Positions 1-9,566 of a DNA stretch of 64,000 nt are shown one piece after another; position 1 is the stretch's first letter; every line of letters starts with the position of its first letter. The notes under the pieces are model-generated. The model ran no database searches and had not been told where the DNA came from. It was given only the letters and a program-made list of their open reading frames with translations. The stretch lies in the sequence record PZ386963.1; one strand, written 5' to 3'. This stretch comes from a phage. Position numbers and translations under genes: made by a program.

Positions 1-216
1 AGTAACTATTCAGCTATTCGTGATTTACAGTCTGACATGAGATTGATTCAGCTAGGGATGGAGAACCAGAAAGTTCAGTTAGAGAATGTTAAGGGTGAAA
101 ACGCAAAACTTACCAAAACTCTTGATAAATTCTCTGACAGTGTAAATAATCTGGCTCAATCAGTATCAGCCTTGCAAGCTATTACTGAAAAGAACACAAA
201 GAATACTGAAAAATAA
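1..216 (+). CDS. 3' end of a CDS entering from upstream (72 codons, coiled-coil-like, stop TAA at 214-216)
   Basis: Frame-1 open from window edge to TAA; followed by hairpin terminator. Confidence 0.3.
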   Translation, partial: SNYSAIRDLQSDMRLIQLGMENQKVQLENVKGENAKLTKTLDKFSDSVNNLAQSVSALQAITEKNTKNTEK

Positions 217-223
217 AATTTTA

Positions 224-250
224 AGGCTCCTTTTTACGGGAGCCTTTTTT
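224..250. terminator. Bidirectional rho-independent terminator between convergent genes
   Basis: Stem GGCTCC/GGAGCC with T-run downstream and A-run upstream. Confidence 0.6.
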
Positions 251-254
251 GTTT

Positions 255-1154
255 CTACTTACCTACTGACAAAGGTGCTTCAATCTTTCCTGCATGTTGG
301 TAATTGTAAATGCCACCAATAAAATCACTTGCAGTGAGATGTTTTAAGTCACTTAAAGTGTTAAGTGGGATACCAATCTCAAAAGTTGGTGCATGGAACT
401 CTTCATTGTTCATCAGTTCATAAACCTGCTTCATATGATTCTGATAAATCTGAGTATCTCCAAAGACACCTATCAAGTACCGTGGAGTGTATCCAGTCAT
501 CTTACAAAGAACTTCCAGAATAAAACCATAAGATGCAATATTAAACGGGAGTCCTAAAAAGGTGTCTACTGAACGCTGATACCATTGTAAGTCAACTTCA
601 CCCTCGTTAGTGATATAAATCTGAAACAGAACATGACAAGGTGCTAAAGCCATCGAGTTGGATGCAATATCTGCTGCATTCCAAGCATTAACAAGCATGT
701 AGCGGTCTGTAATATCACCCTTCATCTTCGTTACTAAGGTCTCTAACTGGTCTACAACACAACCATTATGACCTTCAAAGTTTCTCCACTGAACCCCGTA
801 GATTCTCCCACCTGCGTCATCTAACCAGTCTTGTTCAGAAGAATAATTAGAGCTTAACCAGCGTTTAAAATCATCTGACCAGATAGTCCAGCGTTCTCCA
901 TCATTTTCATCCCAAGTGCGGTAACGGAGTTCACCCAGTTTATTCTCACCATTCAGGAACCATAAAGCTTCCCCAATAACTTGCCGTGTAAACACCTGTT
1001 TAGATGTTAAGAGCGGGAAACCAGTTCGCATATCAAAACGAAACTGAGGTGGAGCAAATGCAGAGATAACATCTCCAGTTCGTGTAGTACGCAGTTCACC
1101 AACGGATAAAACATGGTTCAGGATATTTTTGTAACTTGAATCTGCTTGTGACAT
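255..1154 (-). CDS. thyA: Thymidylate synthase (ThyA family)
   Basis: Motifs RTGTG-like, LAPCH, DLQWYQRSVDTFLGLPFNIASY typical of ThyA; 299 aa. Confidence 0.9.
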   Translation of the reverse strand: MSQADSSYKNILNHVLSVGELRTTRTGDVISAFAPPQFRFDMRTGFPLLTSKQVFTRQVIGEALWFLNGENKLGELRYRTWDENDGERWTIWSDDFKRWLSSNYSSEQDWLDDAGGRIYGVQWRNFEGHNGCVVDQLETLVTKMKGDITDRYMLVNAWNAADIASNSMALAPCHVLFQIYITNEGEVDLQWYQRSVDTFLGLPFNIASYGFILEVLCKMTGYTPRYLIGVFGDTQIYQNHMKQVYELMNNEEFHAPTFEIGIPLNTLSDLKHLTASDFIGGIYNYQHAGKIEAPLSVGK

Positions 1155-1155
1155 A

Positions 1156-1701
1156 TCAAAAGTGTCCTTTTACTTGTGGAACATAAATTTCAAAGGTTGC
1201 TTTACCATCTACTGATGGTTTTGACTGAATCTTAGCGAAAATTTGACGGTCATGCAACTTATCAAAGAAATTCTCAAAAGGTAGATGCACAGTTGCCTCT
1301 TCAGTCACTTCATGAAAAACTGTATGGAGCACTACATCAGCATACGGTAAAGCACTGACAAGAATACCTACACCACCAATTACATAAACATCTTCTTCAA
1401 TATTACTATCAAGATACTTTAAAAATGCTCCAAAAGAATCTTGATGAGCCTTAGCAAACATAACATCATCTTTGGTGAAGTCCATACCATAATAAGGCAC
1501 AGAATTTGTTAAGATGAGGTTTGTACGTTCTGGTAAAGGTTTACTGCCCAGAGTCTTAAAAGTCTCGTTACCCATAACTACTAAGTTGTCTTTAGTAAGT
1601 CTCTTAAACTCTTGCATATCCTGTTTATGTCGAGGCCACGGCATACCAGTTGGAGTACCAAACTCCCCATTTTCACCACTTGCAAAGATTAATTTAATCA
1701 T
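1156..1701 (-). CDS. Dihydrofolate reductase
   Basis: N-terminus MIKLIFA...GMPW, VVMGxxTFxxLG, PLPxRxNxILT motifs; 181 aa; adjacent to thyA. Confidence 0.8.
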   Translation of the reverse strand: MIKLIFASGENGEFGTPTGMPWPRHKQDMQEFKRLTKDNLVVMGNETFKTLGSKPLPERTNLILTNSVPYYGMDFTKDDVMFAKAHQDSFGAFLKYLDSNIEEDVYVIGGVGILVSALPYADVVLHTVFHEVTEEATVHLPFENFFDKLHDRQIFAKIQSKPSVDGKATFEIYVPQVKGHF

Positions 1702-1958
1702 TTTGTAAACCCTTTCTTAATGAACCAGTTGATAACATTCTTCACAACTTTACTACGATGGTGGATAAAATGTGGAGATGGTTGGTATGAACCATAAGCC
1801 CAGAAAGCGATAATTTCATTACACCCTGTGCATCGGGTACTTTCTTCAGCAATATGACCGTTGACTATTTCACTTACCTCACCTTGTAAGTCTGTACACC
1901 CACAATGTGGACATCGGATAGGTGTTCCATCAGACTCATAGCAGTGTTCAATTTTCAT
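1698..1958 (-). CDS. Hypothetical Cys-rich (zinc-ribbon-like) protein
   Basis: CPHCGC...CTGCNE pairs of CxxC. Confidence 0.4.
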   Translation of the reverse strand: MKIEHCYESDGTPIRCPHCGCTDLQGEVSEIVNGHIAEESTRCTGCNEIIAFWAYGSYQPSPHFIHHRSKVVKNVINWFIKKGFTK

Positions 1959-2474
1959 TTATTTAACCTCAAAAACTGGCTCAAGAACCAATATAAAGTC
2001 TACACAGTCATCTTCTTCATCCAGAATACCATCAAAGTTCTTAGGAACGAAGTCGAAGAGGCTCATAACAAAACAGTCAGAAGTGACCCTGATAGTACCT
2101 CCAATGTTCTCTACAGTCAACACTGTACGACTTTCTTTTACCTCCCTCAGAAGATTACTCACAAAGTCATCTAAGAAGTACTTCATCAGTGACTTAAAAC
2201 CTTTAGGGTAATCTGTACCAGAGTATGTTTCAATCTGAGGCACAAGCTTAACATTTATACTAGTCTTTGTTAAGAACGTGTTAGAGAACATACTATCAGG
2301 TAGCTTACAAACAGTCTTTCCAGTACCTTCATGTTCAATCTCAACAAAACCAGCTTCATCGCCACATGTAACTATTTTAAAAGATGCTTCATTCTCATAC
2401 TGTGAAGCCATAAACTTTTTAAGCATCTCTTTAAGGAAGTCTGCATGAGTATCTTGTAAGTAGATATCAATCAT
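1959..2474 (-). CDS. Hypothetical protein
   Basis: 171-aa ORF in tight minus-strand operon. Confidence 0.4.
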   Translation of the reverse strand: MIDIYLQDTHADFLKEMLKKFMASQYENEASFKIVTCGDEAGFVEIEHEGTGKTVCKLPDSMFSNTFLTKTSINVKLVPQIETYSGTDYPKGFKSLMKYFLDDFVSNLLREVKESRTVLTVENIGGTIRVTSDCFVMSLFDFVPKNFDGILDEEDDCVDFILVLEPVFEVK

Positions 2475-2487
2475 AGTTAATCACCTA

Positions 2488-2847
2488 TTATGGGAACAGA
2501 CACTTGATGTCATCGTTTTTAAAAACAAAACTTGTGTAGTTGTGACCATCAACATCCAGCCAAACAGCCTGAACATCTACACCATCAAGATTGTGGTAAA
2601 GCTCTTTGATGAAGTGGTCTTTCACAATCTGACTACTAGTTGTTTCCAACTTAATGTTCGAGATTGCTGAACCTACAGCCATATAACCCATGACACGTTT
2701 CTTCTCAGTATGCTTAATTTTACCATCTTTGTAAGCCATAATGAGATTGGAAAGAATCTTCACACCATAATACTTCTCAAGGTGAGTAGGTACGCCATAA
2801 AAACCTAATGCGAAGTTTTCAAAGTGGATAATGTTTTCACGTTTCAT
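2488..2847 (-). CDS. Hypothetical protein
   Basis: 119-aa ORF. Confidence 0.4.
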   Translation of the reverse strand: MKRENIIHFENFALGFYGVPTHLEKYYGVKILSNLIMAYKDGKIKHTEKKRVMGYMAVGSAISNIKLETTSSQIVKDHFIKELYHNLDGVDVQAVWLDVDGHNYTSFVFKNDDIKCLFP

Positions 2848-2848
2848 A

Positions 2849-3178
2849 TTAATCTGCCAACCTTAAATTGAGATTAACACCAAATTTTTCACACACTCCC
2901 AACATATACTCAAGGGAAACATTCCCAGTGAGGTGGATTATGTTGGATACACGAGCCTGAGAGATACCACAAATTTTAGCAACTTGTTCTTGAGAAAGAC
3001 CTCTGGATTTAATCTCTCTCTTAAAACGATGTGCAACGAAGTCCCTCATTTCGTCTACATCCATTGGACAAATATAACTCTCCATTTCAGCCTCTCTATC
3101 AGCCTCCCAATCATCTTGTGGAGCATAAGGGTCAAAAGCTTCATTCATCTTTCTTCTTCCGTTTGCGTGAAGTGTCAA
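2849..3178 (-). CDS. Helix-turn-helix DNA-binding protein
   Basis: LSQEQVAKICGISQARVSNIIH resembles XRE-type HTH. Confidence 0.45.
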   Translation of the reverse strand: MTLHANGRRKMNEAFDPYAPQDDWEADREAEMESYICPMDVDEMRDFVAHRFKREIKSRGLSQEQVAKICGISQARVSNIIHLTGNVSLEYMLGVCEKFGVNLNLRLAD

Positions 3179-3353
3179 TCAATGAATCTATGTTTGTAGC
3201 CCTAACCTTTTCACGTTCATCGTTAAGATAATCATCAAGAGCCTTTTCAATCTGTGAATCATCTTGACAGATAACTGTAAAGACTGTAAAGCCGTCTGTA
3301 TCGTCAATTATCTTACCATAACCGCTTCTGGGATGTAACTTTTTAAGAGCCAT
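3141..3353 (-). CDS. Hypothetical protein
   Basis: 70-aa ORF overlapping neighbour. Confidence 0.3.
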   Translation of the reverse strand: MALKKLHPRSGYGKIIDDTDGFTVFTVICQDDSQIEKALDDYLNDEREKVRATNIDSLIDTSRKRKKKDE

Positions 3354-3354
3354 A

Positions 3355-3738
3355 TCAAATACCTGTGCAGCTTCTGTTTTCTAAGAAATACTCAACACCA
3401 TACATAGCTTTTTGCATCAAATCTTCTTTAAACTGGATACGATGGTTGAGCATAGCCTGCACATCAATATCATCATGGTGCTTCTCTTTAATATTTGCAG
3501 ATTGCAGGAAATACTCTGCAAGAACACGATACTGGTAGTCAGTCACCTTATCGGTCATCTCTGTCAAAGACTCTTCAGAGATGGGTTTAAGTAACTCACC
3601 ATTAGCTAGAGCAACACCTTTTACAATCTGGCAAGTGTCTTCTGGAACACCTGATAAGTCCACATTTGGAAGTTCTGTTGCATTGACTGGTAAGTTCATT
3701 GCCATAACCATTGCAGCAGCTAATAAAATCTTTTTCAT
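3355..3738 (-). CDS. Secreted/periplasmic protein (signal peptide)
   Basis: N-terminus MKKILLAAAMVMAMNLPVNA looks like Sec signal peptide. Confidence 0.45.
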   Translation of the reverse strand: MKKILLAAAMVMAMNLPVNATELPNVDLSGVPEDTCQIVKGVALANGELLKPISEESLTEMTDKVTDYQYRVLAEYFLQSANIKEKHHDDIDVQAMLNHRIQFKEDLMQKAMYGVEYFLENRSCTGI

Positions 3739-3839
3739 AATGACCTCAAAGTTATATTAAATTTTGTATTACATTGAGTATAAAAATAAGCTATAACACC
3801 TGACTTGTCAACAGATTTTATAGCTTATTTGGCAGATTT

Positions 3840-4090
3840 TTTATAAGGCTACTGCCATCCTTCCATACCTTACCTTACCACACCTAACCATACCTAACCA
3901 AACTACACCATACAATACCTTGTTAAAAGACCCTCTTTAAAGACCTTTTAAAAAGGTGAGTCTCATTTTAATGTAGCTGAGACTAACTACCCTCACCAAA
4001 CCAGACCCAACCCAGCCCAGCCATACCAGACCATACCAAACCCAACCGAACCGAACCCTACCGAACATCACTTAAAAACCCTCTTAGAAG
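3840..4090. repeat. Strand-biased C/A-rich low-complexity repeat region (G/T-rich on the transcribed minus strand)
   Basis: Repeated CCTAACC, CCATACC, CCAGCCC, CCGAACC units; no ORF. Confidence 0.6.
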
Positions 4091-4158
4091 ACTCTTAAGT
4101 GATGCTGGTGAGTACCCGTTGGTTTATGCTGCTCAGTATACTCACCAAATTTTCTATG

Positions 4159-4347
4159 TCAACAACTTTCTAATAAAGTTTTATGAAGATTTTGCTTAAC
4201 GACCCGCCTAACATGCCTATGTTCTTTCTTAATAAAGAGTGACCTCTTCTTGATAGAGCGCCTATTCTTGTAAGTGTTGCTAGGATACTTATCATGAACC
4301 GGACAACAACTCCCCGGTTTTACAAACTTGATAATCTCTCTTTTCAC
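4159..4347 (-). CDS. Small basic hypothetical protein
   Basis: 62 aa, K/R-rich. Confidence 0.3.
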   Translation of the reverse strand: MKREIIKFVKPGSCCPVHDKYPSNTYKNRRSIKKRSLFIKKEHRHVRRVVKQNLHKTLLESC

Positions 4348-5447
4348 TATTCATAATCCCTAATAACGAGACCAACAGGGAACTGTAAAGAACCCTTACG
4401 AGTCATCTTCTGGAACTGAACCGTTAAAGGCTTCCCGATAAACTCTTCAGGGTGTTCAGCAAGATACTGTTTCTTCTCGTGTGTAGTTTTCCATGAGACA
4501 TCTACAAAGACGTTAGGAAGAGTCTCTACAACGAACTTGCCATGACCACGTTTATCGGTCTTTACACCAGTCACTTTAAACTCTTCAGTGTGCATCTTCT
4601 TGTGCTTAATCAAGAAGTATGAACGGTGACAACACTCATAGAAGGAGTCTTCAGAGATTGAACGGTACATTGCACCTTCAAACTTAGCTTCAACCCACTT
4701 ATCATGAGCTTCATCAAACTCTTCCCAAGAATTTACACGGATAGTTTGTACAGGAACCACTCTACAGGTATCCCCAAGCTCAACAATAGGTGAACTATCA
4801 ATAACTTCACGACGCTCAGGCCAAGATTTTGAATTGTCACAGATATCATACCAGTAGAATTTAAGAAGGTGACGGTCTGGATTGTCAGCATTCTTAATCA
4901 TGGATACAATATCTTCTAAGTCCCAACCATGAGCATAAATCTCTCCATCAAAGTCTTCAACTTGTGGATGTAATTTAAGCAACAAAAGCAAATCTGGAAT
5001 TAGTTCTGCTGGAACGTTGTAAACAGTATTCTCACGAGAATAAGCCGTGAAGCTAACTGAATCATCATCTCTTGAAATTCTACAACGGACACCATCAAGT
5101 TTTGGTTGAGCATCAGCAGGGAACTTCAGATACTTTGCATGGCTAACCTTTGCAGCATCATGAGCAAGCTGTACACCTACCTTCTCAGTATTCTGTGCAG
5201 ACTCTTTTGTGTAAGCATAACCTTTGCGGTCAACTTGTTTCTTGTACTTAGCAGAAACTTCAAAGAGAGCTTGCTGTTCAGCGTTACGCTCATTCTTTTT
5301 ACCGATGTTTTTAGGCTCTGCTGTGTACTCTTCAAACATCATCTTGCCATTTTCTTTACCATAGGTTGTAATAACTTTGTCACCTACAGCAACACATGAC
5401 CAGACGTTGAAAGAGCCATCTTTATTTTGTTTGTACAGTATTGTCAT
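4347..5447 (-). CDS. ATP-dependent DNA ligase
   Basis: KLDGVRC adenylation motif (KxDG), 366 aa, T7-ligase-like size; RBS GAGGA upstream. Confidence 0.8.
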   Translation of the reverse strand: MTILYKQNKDGSFNVWSCVAVGDKVITTYGKENGKMMFEEYTAEPKNIGKKNERNAEQQALFEVSAKYKKQVDRKGYAYTKESAQNTEKVGVQLAHDAAKVSHAKYLKFPADAQPKLDGVRCRISRDDDSVSFTAYSRENTVYNVPAELIPDLLLLLKLHPQVEDFDGEIYAHGWDLEDIVSMIKNADNPDRHLLKFYWYDICDNSKSWPERREVIDSSPIVELGDTCRVVPVQTIRVNSWEEFDEAHDKWVEAKFEGAMYRSISEDSFYECCHRSYFLIKHKKMHTEEFKVTGVKTDKRGHGKFVVETLPNVFVDVSWKTTHEKKQYLAEHPEEFIGKPLTVQFQKMTRKGSLQFPVGLVIRDYE

Positions 5448-5448
5448 T

Positions 5449-5640
5449 TTATTCCTCTGAGTGATACCAAGTATTGCAAGCGTTACATGCGTAAAGCTCT
5501 AAGTCATTTTTATCCGGTTTATGAAAGCAGTTTGCTCCGCAGTGACAACGGAATGGCTTTCCACCAACTGTCAGGGTGAATGATTGAACCTTCCCATCAG
5601 GAGTTCGTACAGCATTTTTATGCTTGTCTTCTTTGTTCAT
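5449..5640 (-). CDS. Small zinc-ribbon protein
   Basis: CHCGANC...CNACN cysteine pairs. Confidence 0.4.
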   Translation of the reverse strand: MNKEDKHKNAVRTPDGKVQSFTLTVGGKPFRCHCGANCFHKPDKNDLELYACNACNTWYHSEE

Positions 5641-5843
5641 TTTCTCTTACCACCAATCTCTACGTCGATAACTTGAACATCACCAGCAACATCAAACTTA
5701 TGAATGATGCTTTCCACAGTGTAAGTCCAACCCTCGATTCTAACCAACTCACCTTCTCGTGGGACGATTGGATTACGTTGAGCTACCGTTGTAGTGGAGT
5801 GAACAACATCATAACGGTAGATATAGTTTACTAAGACTTGCAT
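5637..5843 (-). CDS. Hypothetical protein
   Basis: 68-aa ORF. Confidence 0.35.
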   Translation of the reverse strand: MQVLVNYIYRYDVVHSTTTVAQRNPIVPREGELVRIEGWTYTVESIIHKFDVAGDVQVIDVEIGGKRK

Positions 5844-5852
5844 AGTTTCCCC

Positions 5853-6086
5853 TTAAAGATGTAAGTCAACATTAATACGTTCACCCTTAAGGACTCCTGT
5901 ACGGTCTCTTGCAATCTTACCGTCAACGATAAGGATATGCGCAGCCCTTAAAGCCTCACGATTAAAACCTTTTAAGAACTTACTAGGCATCACTACAATG
6001 GACATCTCCTGAATCAACTCTGGAGTATAGCAATTGTCGTGAAGTTGCTGAATAACGTCTGCAAGTGTCATTTTTGATGTCTCCAA
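5853..6086 (-). CDS. Hypothetical protein
   Basis: 77-aa ORF. Confidence 0.35.
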   Translation of the reverse strand: METSKMTLADVIQQLHDNCYTPELIQEMSIVVMPSKFLKGFNREALRAAHILIVDGKIARDRTGVLKGERINVDLHL

Positions 6087-6277
6087 TACTCAATGTCAAT
6101 AAGTTCTTGTGCAATGCTTTTCAGATTACCTTTCAAGAAAACCTTCTCAGAACCTGAAAGAGATGAATTGTCAATTAACCTGTTCATTCTCTCAAACAAC
6201 TTCTGCTTACGGTTCTTGATAGTTTCCTTTGAAGCACCTTTCATCATCGCTGCATGGGTTCTTCCACGGTGGCTCAT
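6068..6277 (-). CDS. Hypothetical protein
   Basis: 69-aa ORF. Confidence 0.3.
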   Translation of the reverse strand: MSHRGRTHAAMMKGASKETIKNRKQKLFERMNRLIDNSSLSGSEKVFLKGNLKSIAQELIDIEYWRHQK

Positions 6278-6328
6278 AAGCCCTCCTATACAAGATATAG
6301 TATAAGGTACTCTTCCCTGAGCACCTTG

Positions 6329-6856
6329 TCAACTTAGTTTTGCAAACTCTCCGTGGAGTTTTATAGCAGCTTCACAGTAAGCTTTATGGGCTTCTTCTGG
6401 TGTGTCATAGTAGCCTAATGACATCTTTTTACCTTTATAGCTTATTTGTGCAACCCACCTACCAGACTTCTTCTTCAGGCTTACACCCTTATAGCCTGAC
6501 TTATTGGTGGATAGTTTGCTTTTATTCCAAGCACTTTGGTAGTCATCTGCTTCTCTTAAGTTTGCAATCCTGTTATCAAGGGAGTCCCCATTAATATGGT
6601 CAATAACACCTTTCGGTAACCTACCATACACATACAGCCATGCGAGTCTGTGCGCTTTATGTGCTTTCTTGTCAAAATAGATAGTAATCTGTTTATGACC
6701 AGTTGAGTCAATCTGGATGCTCCCCGCTACCTGTCCTGCGTACTGAGTATTAAAAACTTTAACAGCCTTTGAGTCGCCCTCTCTACGAAGCCAAGTAAAG
6801 ACCCCTGTTTCGGGGTCATAGTGTAGTAGTTCCTTTAAACGTTCTTGTGTAATCAT
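6329..6856 (-). CDS. HNH homing endonuclease with AP2-type DNA-binding domain
   Basis: DHINGDSLDNRIANLR HNH motif plus YKGVS...RWVAQI...YDTPEEAHKAY AP2-like segment; likely start at internal MITQ. Confidence 0.7.
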   Translation of the reverse strand: MITQERLKELLHYDPETGVFTWLRREGDSKAVKVFNTQYAGQVAGSIQIDSTGHKQITIYFDKKAHKAHRLAWLYVYGRLPKGVIDHINGDSLDNRIANLREADDYQSAWNKSKLSTNKSGYKGVSLKKKSGRWVAQISYKGKKMSLGYYDTPEEAHKAYCEAAIKLHGEFAKLS

Positions 6857-6866
6857 TTTGTCACCA

Positions 6867-9566
6867 TTAATGCACTTCCAACCACGACTTACCAACCTTA
6901 CCAGTACCAGTTACCAGTGTTTCACTCTTTAGCCCTAAGTTCTTAGAGGCTTGTCCGTAATACCAATCAGTGACAGCCTTCACCTCTGCCGTCATACTTT
7001 CTGGACATTCCCAACTTGTCTCGTCGTGATAGGAGCACAATAAACGAGCACCTATGGCTGGTTTACGACCGTTCAACTTCATCAAACCTTCGTCAATCAT
7101 ACGACGGCAAGCAAGGTTAATTGCCTCGTTCTGAATCTGACTTTCCGAACCCATGAGCAAATAATTCAATAACTTATGTGGAGATTTACACCACAACCAA
7201 GCTCCAGCAACCTTTACAAAACCCCCTTTAGAGATTGCAGCAGTCTTACCAAACACCTCTTCAAGTGCCTTTTTAGTTGCTTTGTAGTCAGCTTCCAAGT
7301 CATCTAACAGCTTCTTAATTTTAGGCAAACGAATAAAGTAAGTCTGTTTAGTCAGCGCACCTTCCTGAGTAGTTGCAGCTTTAATCGTCTTAGCAAACTT
7401 CTCATCACCTGCACCGAACAGCAGTGCATAGATACCATTCTTAGCTTTCTTACGACCTTTGCTAATCTCATGGAGAAGATTCTCATCCTGAGTAGCTCGA
7501 CAAGTCAAGATGTCCTGCTCATCGTTCAAACTAAAGTAGATACTGTTCAGTGTATGCGCATCAGTCCCTGAATAGACAACGTACAGGTCATTCTCAGAGT
7601 CATAGCGAAGGTACTTATCAATCTCTGGGTTGAGGTACTCATCAAAGTGTTTGCAGTAATAGCGTCCATCTTCTTGACGAATGAACTCAATCTCTTCTTT
7701 ACCTTGCGTTACCGCTTTGGTGAAGTCTTTGTCACCCATAAAGTTACAAAGAAGAACTAGCTGGGCTGAGTTCATATCGACAGAGACAACGTTAGTACCT
7801 TCCTCACAAATCCACACTGCCCTCATCGGTTCTCCATAGACAGCAGCACCAGATGGTACGTTTACAATACCATATTGTGTCATACGTCCAGTTGAAGTAC
7901 CAAACACCATTGCACCAGCACTAAGGCGACCATCAGGACGAATCTGGTTCAACCAACCTTTTTCATCATCCTTTGAGTTCTCAATAGTTCTGCGTCGGTG
8001 CATCAAAGTATAGTACTTAGCAATCTTCTGTCCAAGTTCACCTTCAATCGTATCATAAGATGATTCAGTAAGTTTTGGTGAAGTACGGATTAAGCAAGGC
8101 TCAAGCAAGTCTGTGTATTTCTTCACAGACCAGTTATGCTCAATGTACTGTACACCTTCATGCTCAACATAGCTCAAACCACACCGCTCAACCATTTCCT
8201 GCCACTTAGGATGCTTTGTAATCATCTTTTTATTGTCTTTGAAACGACAAACTTTGACAGGGCGACCATCTGAGTCTTTCTTGTAGTTCCAGTCATCTGG
8301 AATCCAACCAACTGATTTCAAGTAGTCTTTAACAACTGCTACCTGAGTCATACGAGAAACTTCAAACTCAATTGGCGTATATGGTGCATCAATCAAACCT
8401 GTGTAGCGACTCGACTCAAGCTCAAAGTGGTTAACAACGTGACTGTTATAGTACTTCACAGTTTTAACTGTTTTTACTGGCTTCCAGTCTTTGCATTTCT
8501 TACCAATCTTTGCGTTCAACTCATTGCAAATTGCACGAGCATCCTTCATTGCTACAAACCCTTCCTTGTATTCTTCACCAGTTACAGTGTTGGTTGGTGT
8601 ATAGCAATTCCTTTTTTCAATGTTAAAAATCTTTGTAGTTGGCTTACCAAATGGCTTGATTTCATATGTTTGCATCTCACCATTACGTACCTGCTGACGA
8701 TACTTTGTCTTAGGGTACTTGGTAATTCTTTTCAGTCCATCTGCATGACCAAATGTTTCAACATACTCATTCCAAGCTTTTGCAAACTCTTCTCCAGTGA
8801 CTTTACCTTTGGTCTTAATAGTTGGAGGAAGATGTGGTTCAACCTCTGAAGCAAGCTCATTAGTCAATTTGTCAAGTTCCTTCACATGGAACTCCATAAG
8901 CTCTTTATCAGCTTTCCAGCCATTAATAGCTTGTTGACTCATCCAGAAAGATGTCTCTTTAGCTCGCATGTAAGTCTCATAAGTGTCTATACCACACTTC
9001 TTAAGCTTGAGATACTCGTTATCAAGTGCCCGTTTAGTTTTGGCGTTAATACGGATATCTTCTACAACACGAGTGAAGATTTCTGCATTCCACACACCCC
9101 AATGTTCAATCTCTGGTTTACGGACACCAACACGAGCACCCCATGCAGCCAAACCATGAGCACCTTTATAACCCTTTGGAGTTGGTCTATCCATCCACTG
9201 AACACGAGACTGGATAAGAGAATCCTGAAAGAAATTACTCCACGGCTTACATTTTGGATTATCAAAGTTCCATAAATCAGGTGCAATGTGATTGAAAACC
9301 CACCAGTCATAGCCGAGACCATTATGGATGCAAAGACGTTTTGCCTTTAACGCAAATTCAACACCTTCACGTAAGCCGCCCTTGATGTACTTGGTATACT
9401 TGTGACCGAGGATAGGCTCATCTGTAAAGACCCATACAGGAGGCTCTTCATCATCAGATTTATAGTCTGCAAAAGCCATTACGTGAACTTTAGTGAACTC
9501 AAGGAGTAAACCATCAGTCTCTGTATCACCAACTAAATGTAAGTTTTTAAAATCTACGTTTTCCAT
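6867..9566 (-). CDS. DNA polymerase, family A, with 3'-5' exonuclease domain
   Basis: DTETDGL exo motif, family-A palm motifs; start placed at second ATG (MENVDF) behind GAGGGAG RBS. Confidence 0.9.
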   Translation of the reverse strand: MENVDFKNLHLVGDTETDGLLLEFTKVHVMAFADYKSDDEEPPVWVFTDEPILGHKYTKYIKGGLREGVEFALKAKRLCIHNGLGYDWWVFNHIAPDLWNFDNPKCKPWSNFFQDSLIQSRVQWMDRPTPKGYKGAHGLAAWGARVGVRKPEIEHWGVWNAEIFTRVVEDIRINAKTKRALDNEYLKLKKCGIDTYETYMRAKETSFWMSQQAINGWKADKELMEFHVKELDKLTNELASEVEPHLPPTIKTKGKVTGEEFAKAWNEYVETFGHADGLKRITKYPKTKYRQQVRNGEMQTYEIKPFGKPTTKIFNIEKRNCYTPTNTVTGEEYKEGFVAMKDARAICNELNAKIGKKCKDWKPVKTVKTVKYYNSHVVNHFELESSRYTGLIDAPYTPIEFEVSRMTQVAVVKDYLKSVGWIPDDWNYKKDSDGRPVKVCRFKDNKKMITKHPKWQEMVERCGLSYVEHEGVQYIEHNWSVKKYTDLLEPCLIRTSPKLTESSYDTIEGELGQKIAKYYTLMHRRRTIENSKDDEKGWLNQIRPDGRLSAGAMVFGTSTGRMTQYGIVNVPSGAAVYGEPMRAVWICEEGTNVVSVDMNSAQLVLLCNFMGDKDFTKAVTQGKEEIEFIRQEDGRYYCKHFDEYLNPEIDKYLRYDSENDLYVVYSGTDAHTLNSIYFSLNDEQDILTCRATQDENLLHEISKGRKKAKNGIYALLFGAGDEKFAKTIKAATTQEGALTKQTYFIRLPKIKKLLDDLEADYKATKKALEEVFGKTAAISKGGFVKVAGAWLWCKSPHKLLNYLLMGSESQIQNEAINLACRRMIDEGLMKLNGRKPAIGARLLCSYHDETSWECPESMTAEVKAVTDWYYGQASKNLGLKSETLVTGTGKVGKSWLEVH

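Noticed and set aside
4347-5447. NAD+-dependent (LigA-type) ligase, as found in T5
   Set aside because: The protein is 366 aa with a KxDG adenylation motif and lacks LigA-type BRCT and Zn domains, so it is called an ATP-dependent ligase. This is one reason the phage is described as T5-like rather than T5 itself.
8427-9322. Plus-strand ORFs (140, 129 and 86 aa) inside the DNA polymerase gene, and similar antisense ORFs inside nrdA, nrdD, the Nampt-like gene and the primase-helicase
   Set aside because: Fully embedded antisense or alternative-frame ORFs within well-supported long genes; low-complexity translations and no RBS.
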